Positions 8,466-17,815 are shown, numbered from the stretch's first letter. The stretch: 64,000 nt of DNA from an uncultured Verrucomicrobiota bacterium (GCA_964608505.1 CAZSOV010000004.1:4098-68097); one strand, 5' to 3'. Made by a program: numbers and translations. Notes: a model not told the origin generated them from the sequence alone.

Positions 8466-10967
8466 TCAGGCCAGGACCCGGCGACGCTCGGGGTCCCAGG
8501 GGGCTTTGAGGTGCAGGCGGGCGGGAATGGGCTCCCCGTTGACGAGGATCCGGTACTGGCCGGAGGCGAGCCAGTCCGGGGAGACCCCGTCGGCGTTGCG
8601 GAGGTAGCCCATGGCGATGCCGGCACCGAGGGTATGGGCGTAGGAACCGCTGGTGGTGTATCCGACGCGCACGCCGTCGCGCAGGATGGGTTCGGAGCCC
8701 CAGAGCACCGGTTCGGGGTCCTCGAGCACGAAGATGCCGAGGGCCTTGCGGCGTCCCTGTTCCCGCTGGCGACGGAGGGCCTCGCGCCCGAGGAACGGCT
8801 TGGTCCAGTCGAGGGTGAAACCCAGTCCGGCGTCGAGCGGGGTCTCGTCGGGCGACAGTTCGGACCCGAACGCGCGGTAGCCCTTTTCGAGGCGGAGGGA
8901 GTTGATGGCGTAATGGCCGGCGGGCACGACGCCGAGATCGCGTCCGGCGTCTTCGAGGGCGAGATAGGCGGCGGGGGCCTGGTCGGGGGGAAGATGCAGT
9001 TCCCAGCCGAGTTCGCCGACGTAGGTGATGCGCAGGGCGCGGGCGGAGGCGTGGCCGACGGAGATGGGACGGGCTTCGCCGAACGGCCAGGCGTCGCGGG
9101 ACAGGTCGGCATCGGTGACCCGCTGGAGGAGTTCGCGGGAGCGGGGGCCCATGACGCCGATGACGGCGTGGGCGGCCGTGACGTCGTGGACCGCGAGGGT
9201 CTCGCCGGGCGCGAGGTTGCGCCGGATCCAGTCGGCGTCGCGTACGGCCTGGGTGGTGCCGGTGACGAGGTGGAACCGGTCCTGGGCGAGGCGGACGACG
9301 ACGAGATCGGACTCGTAGCCGCCGCGCTCGTTGAGCATGGGGGTGTAGACGATGCGACCGGGGGGAACATCGAGTTGATTGGCGCAGAGCCGTTGGAGCA
9401 CCGGGAGGGCGTCCGGACCCTCGACGGCGAGCTTGCCGAACGACGACTGATCGAAGAGGGCCACGGACTCGCGGGCGGCGCGGTGTTCGGCGGCGTGATT
9501 GGCGAACCAGTTCTGGCGCTGGAAGCCGTAATGCACGACGGGGGCGGTGGCGAAACCGGAGGCGGTGGCCTCGGGGCGCGCGAACCAGTTCGGGCGTTCC
9601 CAGCCCGCGCGGGAACCGAAGCAGGCGCCCTGCGCGGCGAGATGGGCGTGGAGCGGGGAGCGGCGGATGCCGCGGGCCGTCTCGAATTCGCGGTTGGGCC
9701 AGGCCATCTGGTAGTGCAGCCCCAGAACCTCGACGACGCGGGAGCGGAGGAATTCCCGGTTGTTGGCCCAGGGGCCGAAGCGCCGGACGTCGACGCTCCA
9801 GAGGTCGAGGCTGGGCTGGCCGTCGAGGATCCATTCGGCGAGGAACTTTCCGGCCCCGCCGGCGCTGGCGATGCCCACGGAATTGAAGCCGCAGGCCACG
9901 AAGAGATCGCGAAGCTCGGGGGTTTCGCCCAGCAGGAACTGGTTGTCCGGGGTGAAGCTCTCGGGGCCGTTCACGAACTTGGCGAACCCGCTGGTCCGCA
10001 GGGCCGGGATGCGATGCTGGCCGTGGCGCAGCGGTTCGGAGAACTTTTCCCAGTCCGGATCGAGCAGTTGAAACGAGAAGCGGGCCGGGACCGGATCGAC
10101 CCTCCAGGGCTTGGATTCGGCCTGAAAGGCCCCGAGCATGACCGAGTCCCCCTCGCCGCGAAAATAGAGGCACAGGTCCGGATCCCGACCCACCGGGAGC
10201 TCGTCGAACGCCCCGGGGATCGGCTGGCTGACGACGTAGTGGTGCTCGACGGGATGCAGCGGGAGGGAGACGCCGGCCTGGAGTCCGAGCTGGCGGGCCC
10301 ACATGCCGCCGGTGAGGACCACGAGCCGGGCCCGGAGTTCGCGGGCGGGAGGTTCGTCCGTCTGGTCCGGTTCCCGAACGGTGTAACGAACGCCGCAGGC
10401 GCGTCCGCCCTCGCGCAGGATGTCGGTGACCCGGGCATACTCGACGAACACCGCGCCCCGGCTGCGGGCCCCCTTGGCCAGCGCGTGCACGACCTCCTTG
10501 GGAATGACCTTGCCATCATGCGGGAGCCAGGCGCCGCCCAGCACGTCGTCCACCCGCAGCAGCGGCCAGCGGGCCTGGACCTCCTCGGGGCCGATGATTT
10601 GGGCCTCGACGCCGAAGCACTCGGCCATGGCGGCGGTGCGGCGGAGTTGGATCATCCGATCCGCGGATTTGCCGACGATGAGGCTTCCGACCTGCTTCCA
10701 TCCGACGGAATGACCGGTTTCGCGTTCGAGCCGGGCATAGAGCTCGGCGCTGTACTTGTTGATGGCGGTCAGGCTGGTGGAGGTGCGGAGCCGGCCCACC
10801 AGGCCCGCGGCATGCCACGTGGTCCCGCCGGCGAGGGTGTTCTGCTCGAGCACCACCACGTCGCGGCAGCCCAGCAACGTGAGGTGATACGCGATGCTGG
10901 CTCCGACGATGCCGCCGCCGATGATGACGACCTGGGTTTCGGACGGGTGATGCATGACGCGAGTCAT
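8466..10967 (-). CDS. FAD-dependent oxidoreductase fused to a GcvT-type folate-binding domain (dimethylglycine/sarcosine dehydrogenase-like)
   Basis: N-terminal Rossmann motif [17 protein letters not shown]. Length about 830 aa. The C-terminal part resembles aminomethyltransferase ([20 protein letters not shown]). Start is ambiguous: ATG at 10967 or 10955, TTG at 11000. Confidence 0.85.
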   Translation of the reverse strand: MTRVMHHPSETQVVIIGGGIVGASIAYHLTLLGCRDVVVLEQNTLAGGTTWHAAGLVGRLRTSTSLTAINKYSAELYARLERETGHSVGWKQVGSLIVGKSADRMIQLRRTAAMAECFGVEAQIIGPEEVQARWPLLRVDDVLGGAWLPHDGKVIPKEVVHALAKGARSRGAVFVEYARVTDILREGGRACGVRYTVREPDQTDEPPARELRARLVVLTGGMWARQLGLQAGVSLPLHPVEHHYVVSQPIPGAFDELPVGRDPDLCLYFRGEGDSVMLGAFQAESKPWRVDPVPARFSFQLLDPDWEKFSEPLRHGQHRIPALRTSGFAKFVNGPESFTPDNQFLLGETPELRDLFVACGFNSVGIASAGGAGKFLAEWILDGQPSLDLWSVDVRRFGPWANNREFLRSRVVEVLGLHYQMAWPNREFETARGIRRSPLHAHLAAQGACFGSRAGWERPNWFARPEATASGFATAPVVHYGFQRQNWFANHAAEHRAARESVALFDQSSFGKLAVEGPDALPVLQRLCANQLDVPPGRIVYTPMLNERGGYESDLVVVRLAQDRFHLVTGTTQAVRDADWIRRNLAPGETLAVHDVTAAHAVIGVMGPRSRELLQRVTDADLSRDAWPFGEARPISVGHASARALRITYVGELGWELHLPPDQAPAAYLALEDAGRDLGVVPAGHYAINSLRLEKGYRAFGSELSPDETPLDAGLGFTLDWTKPFLGREALRRQREQGRRKALGIFVLEDPEPVLWGSEPILRDGVRVGYTTSGSYAHTLGAGIAMGYLRNADGVSPDWLASGQYRILVNGEPIPARLHLKAPWDPERRRVLA

Positions 10968-11058
10968 TCCCGACCGAACGAGGGTCGTTGGCCAAGCCAA
11001 AAGCGGAACCGGCCCGGTCCGGCCCGGCCCAGGTTCGCCCGTGAACGGAGGACGCCCG

Positions 11059-12315
11059 TCAGGCGCGGCGACGCCGGGCGCGCCAGGAAAGGAAGCCCAT
11101 CGTCCCCAGCGCCGCGGCGCTCAGGTAGGTCGACGGCTCGGGCACCGGGGAAGGCGAACCGGGCCCGCCCGGGTCCGGCGGCAATTCGCCCTCGTCAAAG
11201 TTGTCCGCGGCCACGATGTCGGCGACGGTTTCAATCCACGTCAGGTAGCTCGGGAGCCAAGTCCCGCCCGCCACCGAGCCGTATCCGCCGTCCACGGTGG
11301 TTCGGACCCGGCTGCGGAACGTCGTCAAACCGGCCAGGAAAATGTCCCCGTTCGCGTCGGTCACGAACGCGGGTCCGCCGGAGTCGCCGGGGCCGGCCAG
11401 GGTTTCGACCTTGTTGCCCAGCGTGAGCGAGGAGGCGCCGTAGACGTTGTGGAGCCCGTTGCCGTCGTACCAATCGTAGGTCGCAGGGCCAAACGAGGGG
11501 GGATCGTCCCCCCGGGGACCGGATACCGTCGCCTCGAAATCGTACCGGAACACCTCCGTCCGCCCGGAGCCCTCGTCATCCAGACCGCCGCTCTCGACGA
11601 GGTTGGCGCCGACCCGCTTGACCGTCCGGGATTCGCTCACGCTGAAGACGCTGGCGCCTCCGGCCGAACCATCACCCGAGGCTCCATAGCCCACGAGATC
11701 GACGCGGAACACGTCGTTGCCCGGAAATCCCGGATTCAGGACCCCATCCGGAAGGAGCGCGAATTTCTGGGCGGCAGCGGGAATGTCCGATCCCAGCTGA
11801 ATGATGGCGAGATCGTCGTTTACGGAAGGTTGCCCGCTGTAATCGGTGTGCAGGTGGAGCGCGCTGGCGGTGTAGTCCGTGTAATTCAGCCCGCCGCCGG
11901 TGCCGTTGAAGCGGACCGTCACCCGGTTGGCCAGGATTCCCGTGCCGTTGGCCGCGCCGCCACCGTTGGAGTCGAGGCAGTGGGCCGCGGTCAGAATGGT
12001 GCGCGGGCCAATCGCCACCCCGGAGCACAGGACGTCGTCGATGCCCGAGGTGTTGTCGACGAAGATGCTCGGGACACCGAAGTACGGCGAGGCGCTGGTG
12101 TTCGCGTCGACGCGAGCCGCCGGGGTATCGGCTCCGGGAATGGACCCACCGGAGGCGCTGCCGGCGACCATGAGCCATTCGATGGGCCATGCGGCGTCGC
12201 TCGAACCAGGGTCAGGCGACGCGGCGGACGATGGCTGGACAGCGAGAATGGATCCCGAGAGGCCGAGCGCGAGTGAGAAGCGGCCCGAACACCGATGGAG
12301 CAAGCGTGGATACAT
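11059..12315 (-). CDS. trypsin-like (S1) serine protease with C-terminal PEP-CTERM sorting signal
   Basis: ATG at 12315 with a signal-like N-terminus. TAAHC (His) and GDSGGP (Ser) motifs. C-terminus VPEPSTYLSAAALGTMGFLSWRARRRRA is PEP, then a TM helix, then a basic tail. Confidence 0.85.
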   Translation of the reverse strand: MYPRLLHRCSGRFSLALGLSGSILAVQPSSAASPDPGSSDAAWPIEWLMVAGSASGGSIPGADTPAARVDANTSASPYFGVPSIFVDNTSGIDDVLCSGVAIGPRTILTAAHCLDSNGGGAANGTGILANRVTVRFNGTGGGLNYTDYTASALHLHTDYSGQPSVNDDLAIIQLGSDIPAAAQKFALLPDGVLNPGFPGNDVFRVDLVGYGASGDGSAGGASVFSVSESRTVKRVGANLVESGGLDDEGSGRTEVFRYDFEATVSGPRGDDPPSFGPATYDWYDGNGLHNVYGASSLTLGNKVETLAGPGDSGGPAFVTDANGDIFLAGLTTFRSRVRTTVDGGYGSVAGGTWLPSYLTWIETVADIVAADNFDEGELPPDPGGPGSPSPVPEPSTYLSAAALGTMGFLSWRARRRRA

Positions 12316-12526
12316 GAACCAGCTAAGAAATTCCCGTAGAGGGCCTCCTCGTGTCAAGGAATGTGATGAGGAAACGCGGGGTCTCCGCAGGGCGATGGAC
12401 AACGTCCGGTGCGAATTCGCATCGAGTCCAGGAGGGGAGATTCTCGAAGAGTCATGACCGCTCGAACGCCGAGCCGAAAGCCGAGCCGTTGCCTCCGCCG
12501 TCAACCGCAGGCATGCTGCTGCACCG

Positions 12527-13471
12527 ATGACGAACCCGACACCCCCATGGACCGCGCCTTGGGCCGGCTTCTGCCTCCTCGCCGTGTGGTTGGTCGCCGG
12601 GTGCCAGTCACGGCGCGGCGCGGTGGACACACCCGTGCGCACCGAAAAGGGGTCGCCACCCGTCGCGACGGCGGGGGATCAGGCTTGGATGAAGGCGGGG
12701 CCTGCGGTGCTGCCCGCGGAACGGCGCCAAGTGACCGAGGTGCGGTTGGACGACGGAGCGCTGTACACGGGCTCGATGGTGCTGACGAACGGCGGCCTGG
12801 TGGCGCACGGGGAAGGCGTCTGCACGTGGCCGGACGGGAAGCGGTATGAAGGGGAATGGGCCGCCGGAAAGCCGCACGGGCGGGGGGTCACGCGGTCGCC
12901 GGGGGGAGAATCGTTCCGGGGGGAATTCCGCGATGGACTGCGCGAGGGCGAGGGCGCCGTCACCACCGGCACGGGGGCCGTGCTGACGGGCACCTACCGG
13001 GCGGACCAGGCGCACGGGTCGTTCCGCATCGTGGATGGACCCTTCGTCCTGGAGGGTCGTTTCGAGGAGGGGAACCGGGTGGGATGGTGGAAACGACGGG
13101 GCGAACTCGGCACGGACGTGGAGGAATGGCTCGAAAGCGGGCTCCGCACGAAGGCGCGTGGGTTGGTGGTGTTCGAGGACGGCGTCCGGCAATCGGGCGA
13201 GTGGGATTTCAAATCCGGCACCGGGAAGGGCGAGATCCGCTGGAAGGATGGACGGCGGTACCAAGGAGCTTGGCGGGCCGTCGACGGGGAGCCGAACGAT
13301 CCCCAGGGGTCGGGGGAAATGACCTGGCCGGACGGTCGGCGGTACGTCGGTGAATTCGCGAACGGCAAGCGGGAAGGGGAGGGACGTCTGACTCATCCCG
13401 ATGGACGGACGGAAGCCGGTCAGTGGAAGAACGACGAACTCGCGACACCCGCCAGGGGGGAGCGGAAGTAG
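12527..13471 (+). CDS. MORN-repeat lipoprotein
   Basis: Lipobox LVAGC after a hydrophobic leader. Multiple YxGxWxxGKxHGxG-type MORN repeats (YEGEWAAGKPHGRG, YQGAWRAVDGEPNDPQGSG, YVGEFANGKREGEG). Confidence 0.8.
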   Translation: MTNPTPPWTAPWAGFCLLAVWLVAGCQSRRGAVDTPVRTEKGSPPVATAGDQAWMKAGPAVLPAERRQVTEVRLDDGALYTGSMVLTNGGLVAHGEGVCTWPDGKRYEGEWAAGKPHGRGVTRSPGGESFRGEFRDGLREGEGAVTTGTGAVLTGTYRADQAHGSFRIVDGPFVLEGRFEEGNRVGWWKRRGELGTDVEEWLESGLRTKARGLVVFEDGVRQSGEWDFKSGTGKGEIRWKDGRRYQGAWRAVDGEPNDPQGSGEMTWPDGRRYVGEFANGKREGEGRLTHPDGRTEAGQWKNDELATPARGERK

Positions 13472-13658
13472 TGGCCGTGAAAATCGGACCGGAACCGGGG
13501 TTGGCCACCTCCGGGAGCGCACCCACCCGCCGAGGCCGGGGAAGGGGCGGTTCGCCTGGACCTGCACCGAGACCCATGATTTCGCCCCGCCGCCGCGCCG
13601 CCGTCACGGCTCGCCCCTTCCGCCGGGGAACCGTGGACGCTCTTCCCGTCGTCCCGTG

Positions 13659-14174
13659 ATGTCCGCGGAACCCCCATCGCCCTCGGGTCTCGCGACGAAA
13701 CCAGCCGAGACGCTCGTCTCCGGCGAGGGGGGCCCCGGCAGTAACCCGACACTTGCCTTTGGCGAGGCCCCCGGCGGCATGGTGCGGAGAAGGATCTGGG
13801 CGGGGCTGGGATTCGCCGCTTGCGGTCTCGGCTTTCTGGGCATCGCGCTTCCCGGCATGCCCGCCACGGTCTTCTTCATCGCGGCGGCGGCGTGCTTTTC
13901 GCGAAGCAGTCCCCGGCTGCTGAACTGGGTGCTGAACCTGCCGACCGTCGGGCGGCTCGTGCGCAACTACCGGGCCGGACTCGGGATGCCCCTGGGCGCG
14001 AAACTCGCGGCGTCCGCCATGATGTTCGGCGCTGGGGCGATGAGTGTCGGCGTGCTGGAACGACGCTGGCTCAAGGGCCTGGTCCTCGGCCTGCTCCTCG
14101 TCGGGGCCGCGGTCATCTGGTGGGGCATCCGGACCTCCCCGCGGGAGTCGAAAGAACCGGGTACCGACGCCTGA
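13659..14174 (+). CDS. YbaN-family (DUF454) inner-membrane protein
   Basis: LGFLGIALPGMPATVFFIAAAACFSRSSPRLLNWVL is the DUF454 signature. Start is either ATG 13659 or ATG 13779 (MVRRRIW, giving 131 aa, the usual YbaN size). Confidence 0.75.
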   Translation: MSAEPPSPSGLATKPAETLVSGEGGPGSNPTLAFGEAPGGMVRRRIWAGLGFAACGLGFLGIALPGMPATVFFIAAAACFSRSSPRLLNWVLNLPTVGRLVRNYRAGLGMPLGAKLAASAMMFGAGAMSVGVLERRWLKGLVLGLLLVGAAVIWWGIRTSPRESKEPGTDA

Positions 14175-14190
14175 CCGCCGCGTTGCCACG

Positions 14191-14335
14191 TCAGGGCGAT
14201 TGACAAAGTCTGGTGTGGAACCGCGTTGTGGGGCCGGCGACTGCCGAGTCGCCGGTTTCCCCTCTGGTTTCGCCTGCTTCGATCGCCCCGCGACCCGGCG
14301 GTCGCCGGCCCCAATCGACTTTGTCAATCGCCCTG
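14191..14335. mobile_element. MITE-like non-autonomous element, copy 2 (145 bp, inverted relative to copy 1)
   Basis: Terminal inverted repeats TCAGGGCGATTGACAAAGTC and GACTTTGTCAATCGCCCTG. Flanking 9-mers GTTGCCACG (14182-14190) and GCTGCCACG (14336-14344) match 8/9. Internal hairpin CCGGCGACT-GCCG-AGTCGCCGG. Confidence 0.8.
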
Positions 14336-14398
14336 GCTGCCACGTGGCGCGGCCTCGGTCCCGGCTCGACTCCCGCGCCCGGTTGAGGACCCTTGGGC

Positions 14399-15106
14399 AT
14401 GGTTTCCGCGGTCATCGTCGCCGCCGGGGCGGGCAAGCGCTTCGGGCCGGGCATCGACAAACTATTCTATGAGGTCTCGGGGCGTCCCGTGGTGGCGCAT
14501 ACGTGGATGCGTTTCGACGCCGTACCCGCCATCGACGAGATCGTCGTGGTGGTGCATCCCGACCGGGAGGCGGATTTCCGGGAGATGGCCGCCGAATTGA
14601 CCCTGACCAAACCCTGGCTGCTGGCCCGGGGCGGCGCGGAACGCCAGGATTCGGTCTGGAACGGCATCGGGGCCACTTCCCACGCGGCCGAGGTGCTGGC
14701 CATCCAGGACGGGGCGCGTCCCTGCACGACCGTGGCCACCATCGAGGCGACCTTGGCGGCAGCCCGGGAATCGGGTGCCGCGGTGGCGGCCCAGCGGGTG
14801 ACGGACACGCTGAAGGAGAGCGCCGATGGGCGGAACATTGACCGGACGGTCGACCGTTCCCGGTTGTGGTCCGTGCAGACGCCCCAGGCGTTTCGTCGCG
14901 AAGTGATCGTTGCGGCCCTCACGGAGGTCCGCCGGCGGGGCCTGAACCTGACCGACGACACCGCGGCCTGCGAGGTCGTCGGTCAGGAGGTTCGCCTGGT
15001 GGAGTCGAAGGATCCCAATCCGAAGGTGACGTATCCGCGGGACGTGCCATGGGTCGAGTCCGTGCTGGCCGCGATGCGGGAAAGCGCGGGGTCGGCATGC
15101 CGGTAG
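14399..15106 (+). CDS. ispD: 2-C-methyl-D-erythritol 4-phosphate cytidylyltransferase
   Basis: N-terminal VSAVIVAAGAGKRFG motif and about 235 aa. ATG at 14399, with an in-frame TTG at 14393. Confidence 0.9.
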   Translation: MVSAVIVAAGAGKRFGPGIDKLFYEVSGRPVVAHTWMRFDAVPAIDEIVVVVHPDREADFREMAAELTLTKPWLLARGGAERQDSVWNGIGATSHAAEVLAIQDGARPCTTVATIEATLAAARESGAAVAAQRVTDTLKESADGRNIDRTVDRSRLWSVQTPQAFRREVIVAALTEVRRRGLNLTDDTAACEVVGQEVRLVESKDPNPKVTYPRDVPWVESVLAAMRESAGSACR

Positions 15107-15123
15107 GGCGAGGAAAGGAACCG

Positions 15124-15924
15124 ATGAGACTCGGGAATCCGACCCCGGGGCGGCCCGCACGAGGCAGGCCGCGACATGGCCTGGCACGGGTGTTGTCGAA
15201 GCTGGGCCTATGTTCACGGGCCGAGGCCTGGAGGTGGATTCAGGAGGGCCGGGTGCGGGTCAACGGAGCGGCGTGTCGGGACCCGGAACGTCCCACGGAC
15301 CCGGAACGGGAGCGGGTGGAGGTGGACGGCGTGGCGGCGGTCTCCACGGAACCGGTGTACCTCATGCTCAACAAGCCGCGGGGCCTGGTAACCACGACCT
15401 CGGACGAGCGGGGGCGTCCGACGGTTTATGCCTGCCTTGGCGGGGCGGGGTTGCCGAGGGTGGTGCCCGTGGGGCGATTGGATCAGGCGAGCGAAGGGCT
15501 GTTGTTGTTCACCAACGACACGGCTTGGGCCGCCCGGTTGACGGAGCCCGGTCGGCACGTCGAGAAGGAATACCATGTGCAGGTCTCGGGAGCGGTGGAC
15601 GAGGCGACGTGTCGTCGGATGGAGGCCGGGGTGGTCGAGGCGGGCGAGTGTCTGAGGGCGTGCCGGGCCGCGGTGCTGCGCCGGGGCGACCGGAACACGT
15701 GGCTGGTGGTGGTGCTGGACGAGGGCCGGAACCGGCATCTCCGCCGCATGCTGGCGGCCTTGGGGCACGAGGTCCGGCGCCTCGTTCGGGTGCGGATCGG
15801 GGGGTTGGTACTGGGGGAACTGCGGCAGGGGCAACATCGTCGGCTCGGCGCGGAGGACCTGGCCCGGGTGACGAGGACGGGAGCAGCGGACGTGGATTCC
15901 GGCTCCCACAATCAGGACCGGTGA
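15124..15924 (+). CDS. pseudouridine synthase, RsuA/RluB/RluF family (S4 domain plus catalytic domain)
   Basis: ATG at 15124 preceded by GGAAAGGAA. S4-like LARVLSKLGLCSRAEAWRWIQEGRVRVNG. Catalytic motif VGRLDQASEGLLLFTND. Confidence 0.88.
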   Translation: MRLGNPTPGRPARGRPRHGLARVLSKLGLCSRAEAWRWIQEGRVRVNGAACRDPERPTDPERERVEVDGVAAVSTEPVYLMLNKPRGLVTTTSDERGRPTVYACLGGAGLPRVVPVGRLDQASEGLLLFTNDTAWAARLTEPGRHVEKEYHVQVSGAVDEATCRRMEAGVVEAGECLRACRAAVLRRGDRNTWLVVVLDEGRNRHLRRMLAALGHEVRRLVRVRIGGLVLGELRQGQHRRLGAEDLARVTRTGAADVDSGSHNQDR

Positions 15925-16475
15925 GCGGGGAGCGGGGAGCCAAGCCCCAAACTCCAAGCTCGAGAATCCGGTCTCAGACCCCGCCGCGACGCCGTCGCGG
16001 GGACATGGGTTCGCGGCTGCGTCACTCCCGAGGGCATTGGCCTTGGCGGTCAGGAGGATGCGATGGGGGTAGTCTGCGTCGTGGGCTCTCCTTAAAGATT
16101 TTACGCTAAGAGATTTACAGATGGAAAAGACGCCTTCGCTCGGGTGGCGGGAGGGGCCGAATCTCGGCCCGGTACCGGGCGCATCCGGGTTGGACACGGG
16201 CCGGGCGGAGATGGGGGAGGTATGGGTTCCGGAGCGGCTGAGCCTCGCTGAACCAGCCTGGAATCGGGCGGGGCATGTCGGACACGGGGCGGGTGGCGGT
16301 TCGCCGGGGGTGGCTGCGGGGGAGGCTGGGTCGGTGGATTTGAATGTATCCTGTTCGCTTGGAGTTGGATAATGTGTTGCCTGCATGTGATCTCATCCGG
16401 CAAAAAAAGTTTTGACAGAAGAAACGGTGTCTGTAACGGTCTGGCCCACACACGGAAACACGAGCAGCAACACAA

Positions 16476-17108
16476 ATGAGAACACAACTCATCCTTACCA
16501 CGGCAGCCTTCGGCTTGGCCGGTGCCCTTGGCGCTTCCGCCCAAGTGTACTCGGTGAACGCGGTTGGCTACATCAACGTCACCGTCCCGGCCAAGAGCTA
16601 CGCTCTGGTTGCCAACCAGCTGAACGCTGGCGGCAATACGGCCAAGGACGTGATTCCTTCGGTTCCCGATGGCACGACGATTTTCAAGTACGCGCAGGGT
16701 AGCGGATTTGGTGCCAACACGTTTGACTTCGGTGCGTGGTCGAACGAAGGCGCGACCCTGAAGCCCGGTGAAGGCTTCTTCCTCCAGAACAACGGGGCGG
16801 CGCCGTTGACGGTGACCTTCGTGGGTGAAGTGCCCCAGGGCAGCCTGAGCACGGGCATTCTGAAGGGTCTGAATCTGGTGGGTTCCCAGGTGCCCCAGGC
16901 GGGCAAGTTGGAAGCCGACCTGAAGTACACGCCCTCCGAAGGTGACACGGTCTTCCAGTGGGATGTCGCGACCCAGAAGTACAAGCCCGCGAACACGTTC
17001 GACTTCGGCGCTTGGACCGGTGGCGATCCCGTTGTTGGCGTTGGCGAAGGCTTCTTCGTTCAGGCGGCGGCCGCGGGCACGTGGGCTCGCACCTTCAGCG
17101 TGAACTGA
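16476..17108 (+). CDS. secreted protein of unknown function built from two homologous ~90-aa modules
   Basis: Signal peptide MRTQLILTTAAFGLAGALGASAQ. Internal duplication: TIFKY...ANTFDFGAWSNEGATLKPGEGFFLQ versus TVFQW...ANTFDFGAWTGGDPVVGVGEGFFVQ. Codon usage differs from neighbours (all six Glu codons are GAA; many GGT/GCT/GTT). Confidence 0.85.
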   Translation: MRTQLILTTAAFGLAGALGASAQVYSVNAVGYINVTVPAKSYALVANQLNAGGNTAKDVIPSVPDGTTIFKYAQGSGFGANTFDFGAWSNEGATLKPGEGFFLQNNGAAPLTVTFVGEVPQGSLSTGILKGLNLVGSQVPQAGKLEADLKYTPSEGDTVFQWDVATQKYKPANTFDFGAWTGGDPVVGVGEGFFVQAAAAGTWARTFSVN

Positions 17109-17171
17109 GACGAGCACGGCGAGAGTAAACTCTTGACTTGTTAATCGGAACCTCATTATCAAAACAACGAC

Positions 17172-17714
17172 ATGAAACACTGCCTCATCGCATTGTCCTC
17201 GCTGTTGGTTGCTGCCTCCTCTTTCGGGCAGGCCACCTTCCAGCTCAATAACCGCATCGTGGGTGTTGTCGACGCCCCGGTTTTCGTGGGTGACAGCTCG
17301 ACCCGCGCGAATGCTGACTACGTCGTCGCTCTCTTCGGTGGTGCCGCTGGCACGGCTGAAGCCGCGTTGACGCAGCAGGGTGGAACCCTTCCGTTCCGCA
17401 GCACGCCTGCGACCGGGTTGGGATATATCAACACCACTGGCGCTGACACGACCCGTTCCATCGGCGGCACCGCCGACGGTGCTTCGTCCGCCGTCCAGCT
17501 CCGCGCTTGGAGCGCGAGCATGAGCTACGCCGACGCGAACGCGGCGGGCATGGTCGGCAAGTCGGCTGTGTTGACCATCAACGGTGGTGGCGGTCTGACG
17601 CCTCCTGCCGCTCTGGCCGGTCTGGCGAGCTTCACCATCCCGGTTCCGGAGCCCAGTGCTGCTGCTCTCGGTCTTCTCGGCGCGGGTCTCCTCGCGATCC
17701 GTCGCAAGAAGTAA
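17172..17714 (+). CDS. PEP-CTERM sorting-domain protein of unknown function
   Basis: Signal peptide MKHCLIALSSLLVAASSFGQA. C-terminus IPVPEPSAAALGLLGAGLLAIRRKK is PEP, then a TM helix, then a basic tail. Confidence 0.88.
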   Translation: MKHCLIALSSLLVAASSFGQATFQLNNRIVGVVDAPVFVGDSSTRANADYVVALFGGAAGTAEAALTQQGGTLPFRSTPATGLGYINTTGADTTRSIGGTADGASSAVQLRAWSASMSYADANAAGMVGKSAVLTINGGGGLTPPAALAGLASFTIPVPEPSAAALGLLGAGLLAIRRKK

Positions 17715-17737
17715 CGTGTTGCTGAAAGTGTAGGATC

Positions 17738-17768
17738 AAGGCCGCCTGCAAAGGCGGCCTTTTTCTTT
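17738..17768 (+). terminator. rho-independent terminator
   Basis: AAGGCCGCC-TGCAAA-GGCGGCCTT (9-bp GC-rich stem) followed by TTTTCTTT, 24 nt after the stop of 17172..17714. Confidence 0.85.
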
Positions 17769-17815
17769 CCCGGGATTGACTTCGGCATCGTCGTGCCCTT
17801 CAGTTTGCGCCGCTC

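Noticed and set aside
8308-10302. Upstream 665 codons of the 943-aa minus-strand ORF 7471..10302
   Set aside because: Extremely Arg/Pro-rich with no motifs, and it lies out of frame over the FAD/GcvT oxidoreductase gene on the same strand. Only the last 278 codons, from ATG 8307 with the prepilin signal, look like a real protein.
13401-13658. N-terminal 86 codons of ORF 13401..14174 overlapping the end of the MORN gene
   Set aside because: Arg/Gly/Pro-rich, and it overlaps the MORN lipoprotein's 3' end in another frame. The YbaN/DUF454 homology begins only after ATG 13659 or 13779.
16121-16372. 83-aa ORF and antisense ORFs (16101..17180, 16115..16501) in the non-coding region before the surface-protein pair
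   Set aside because: No Shine-Dalgarno sequence, Gly/Pro/Arg- or Cys-rich composition, and the antisense ones overlap the strongly supported secreted-protein gene.
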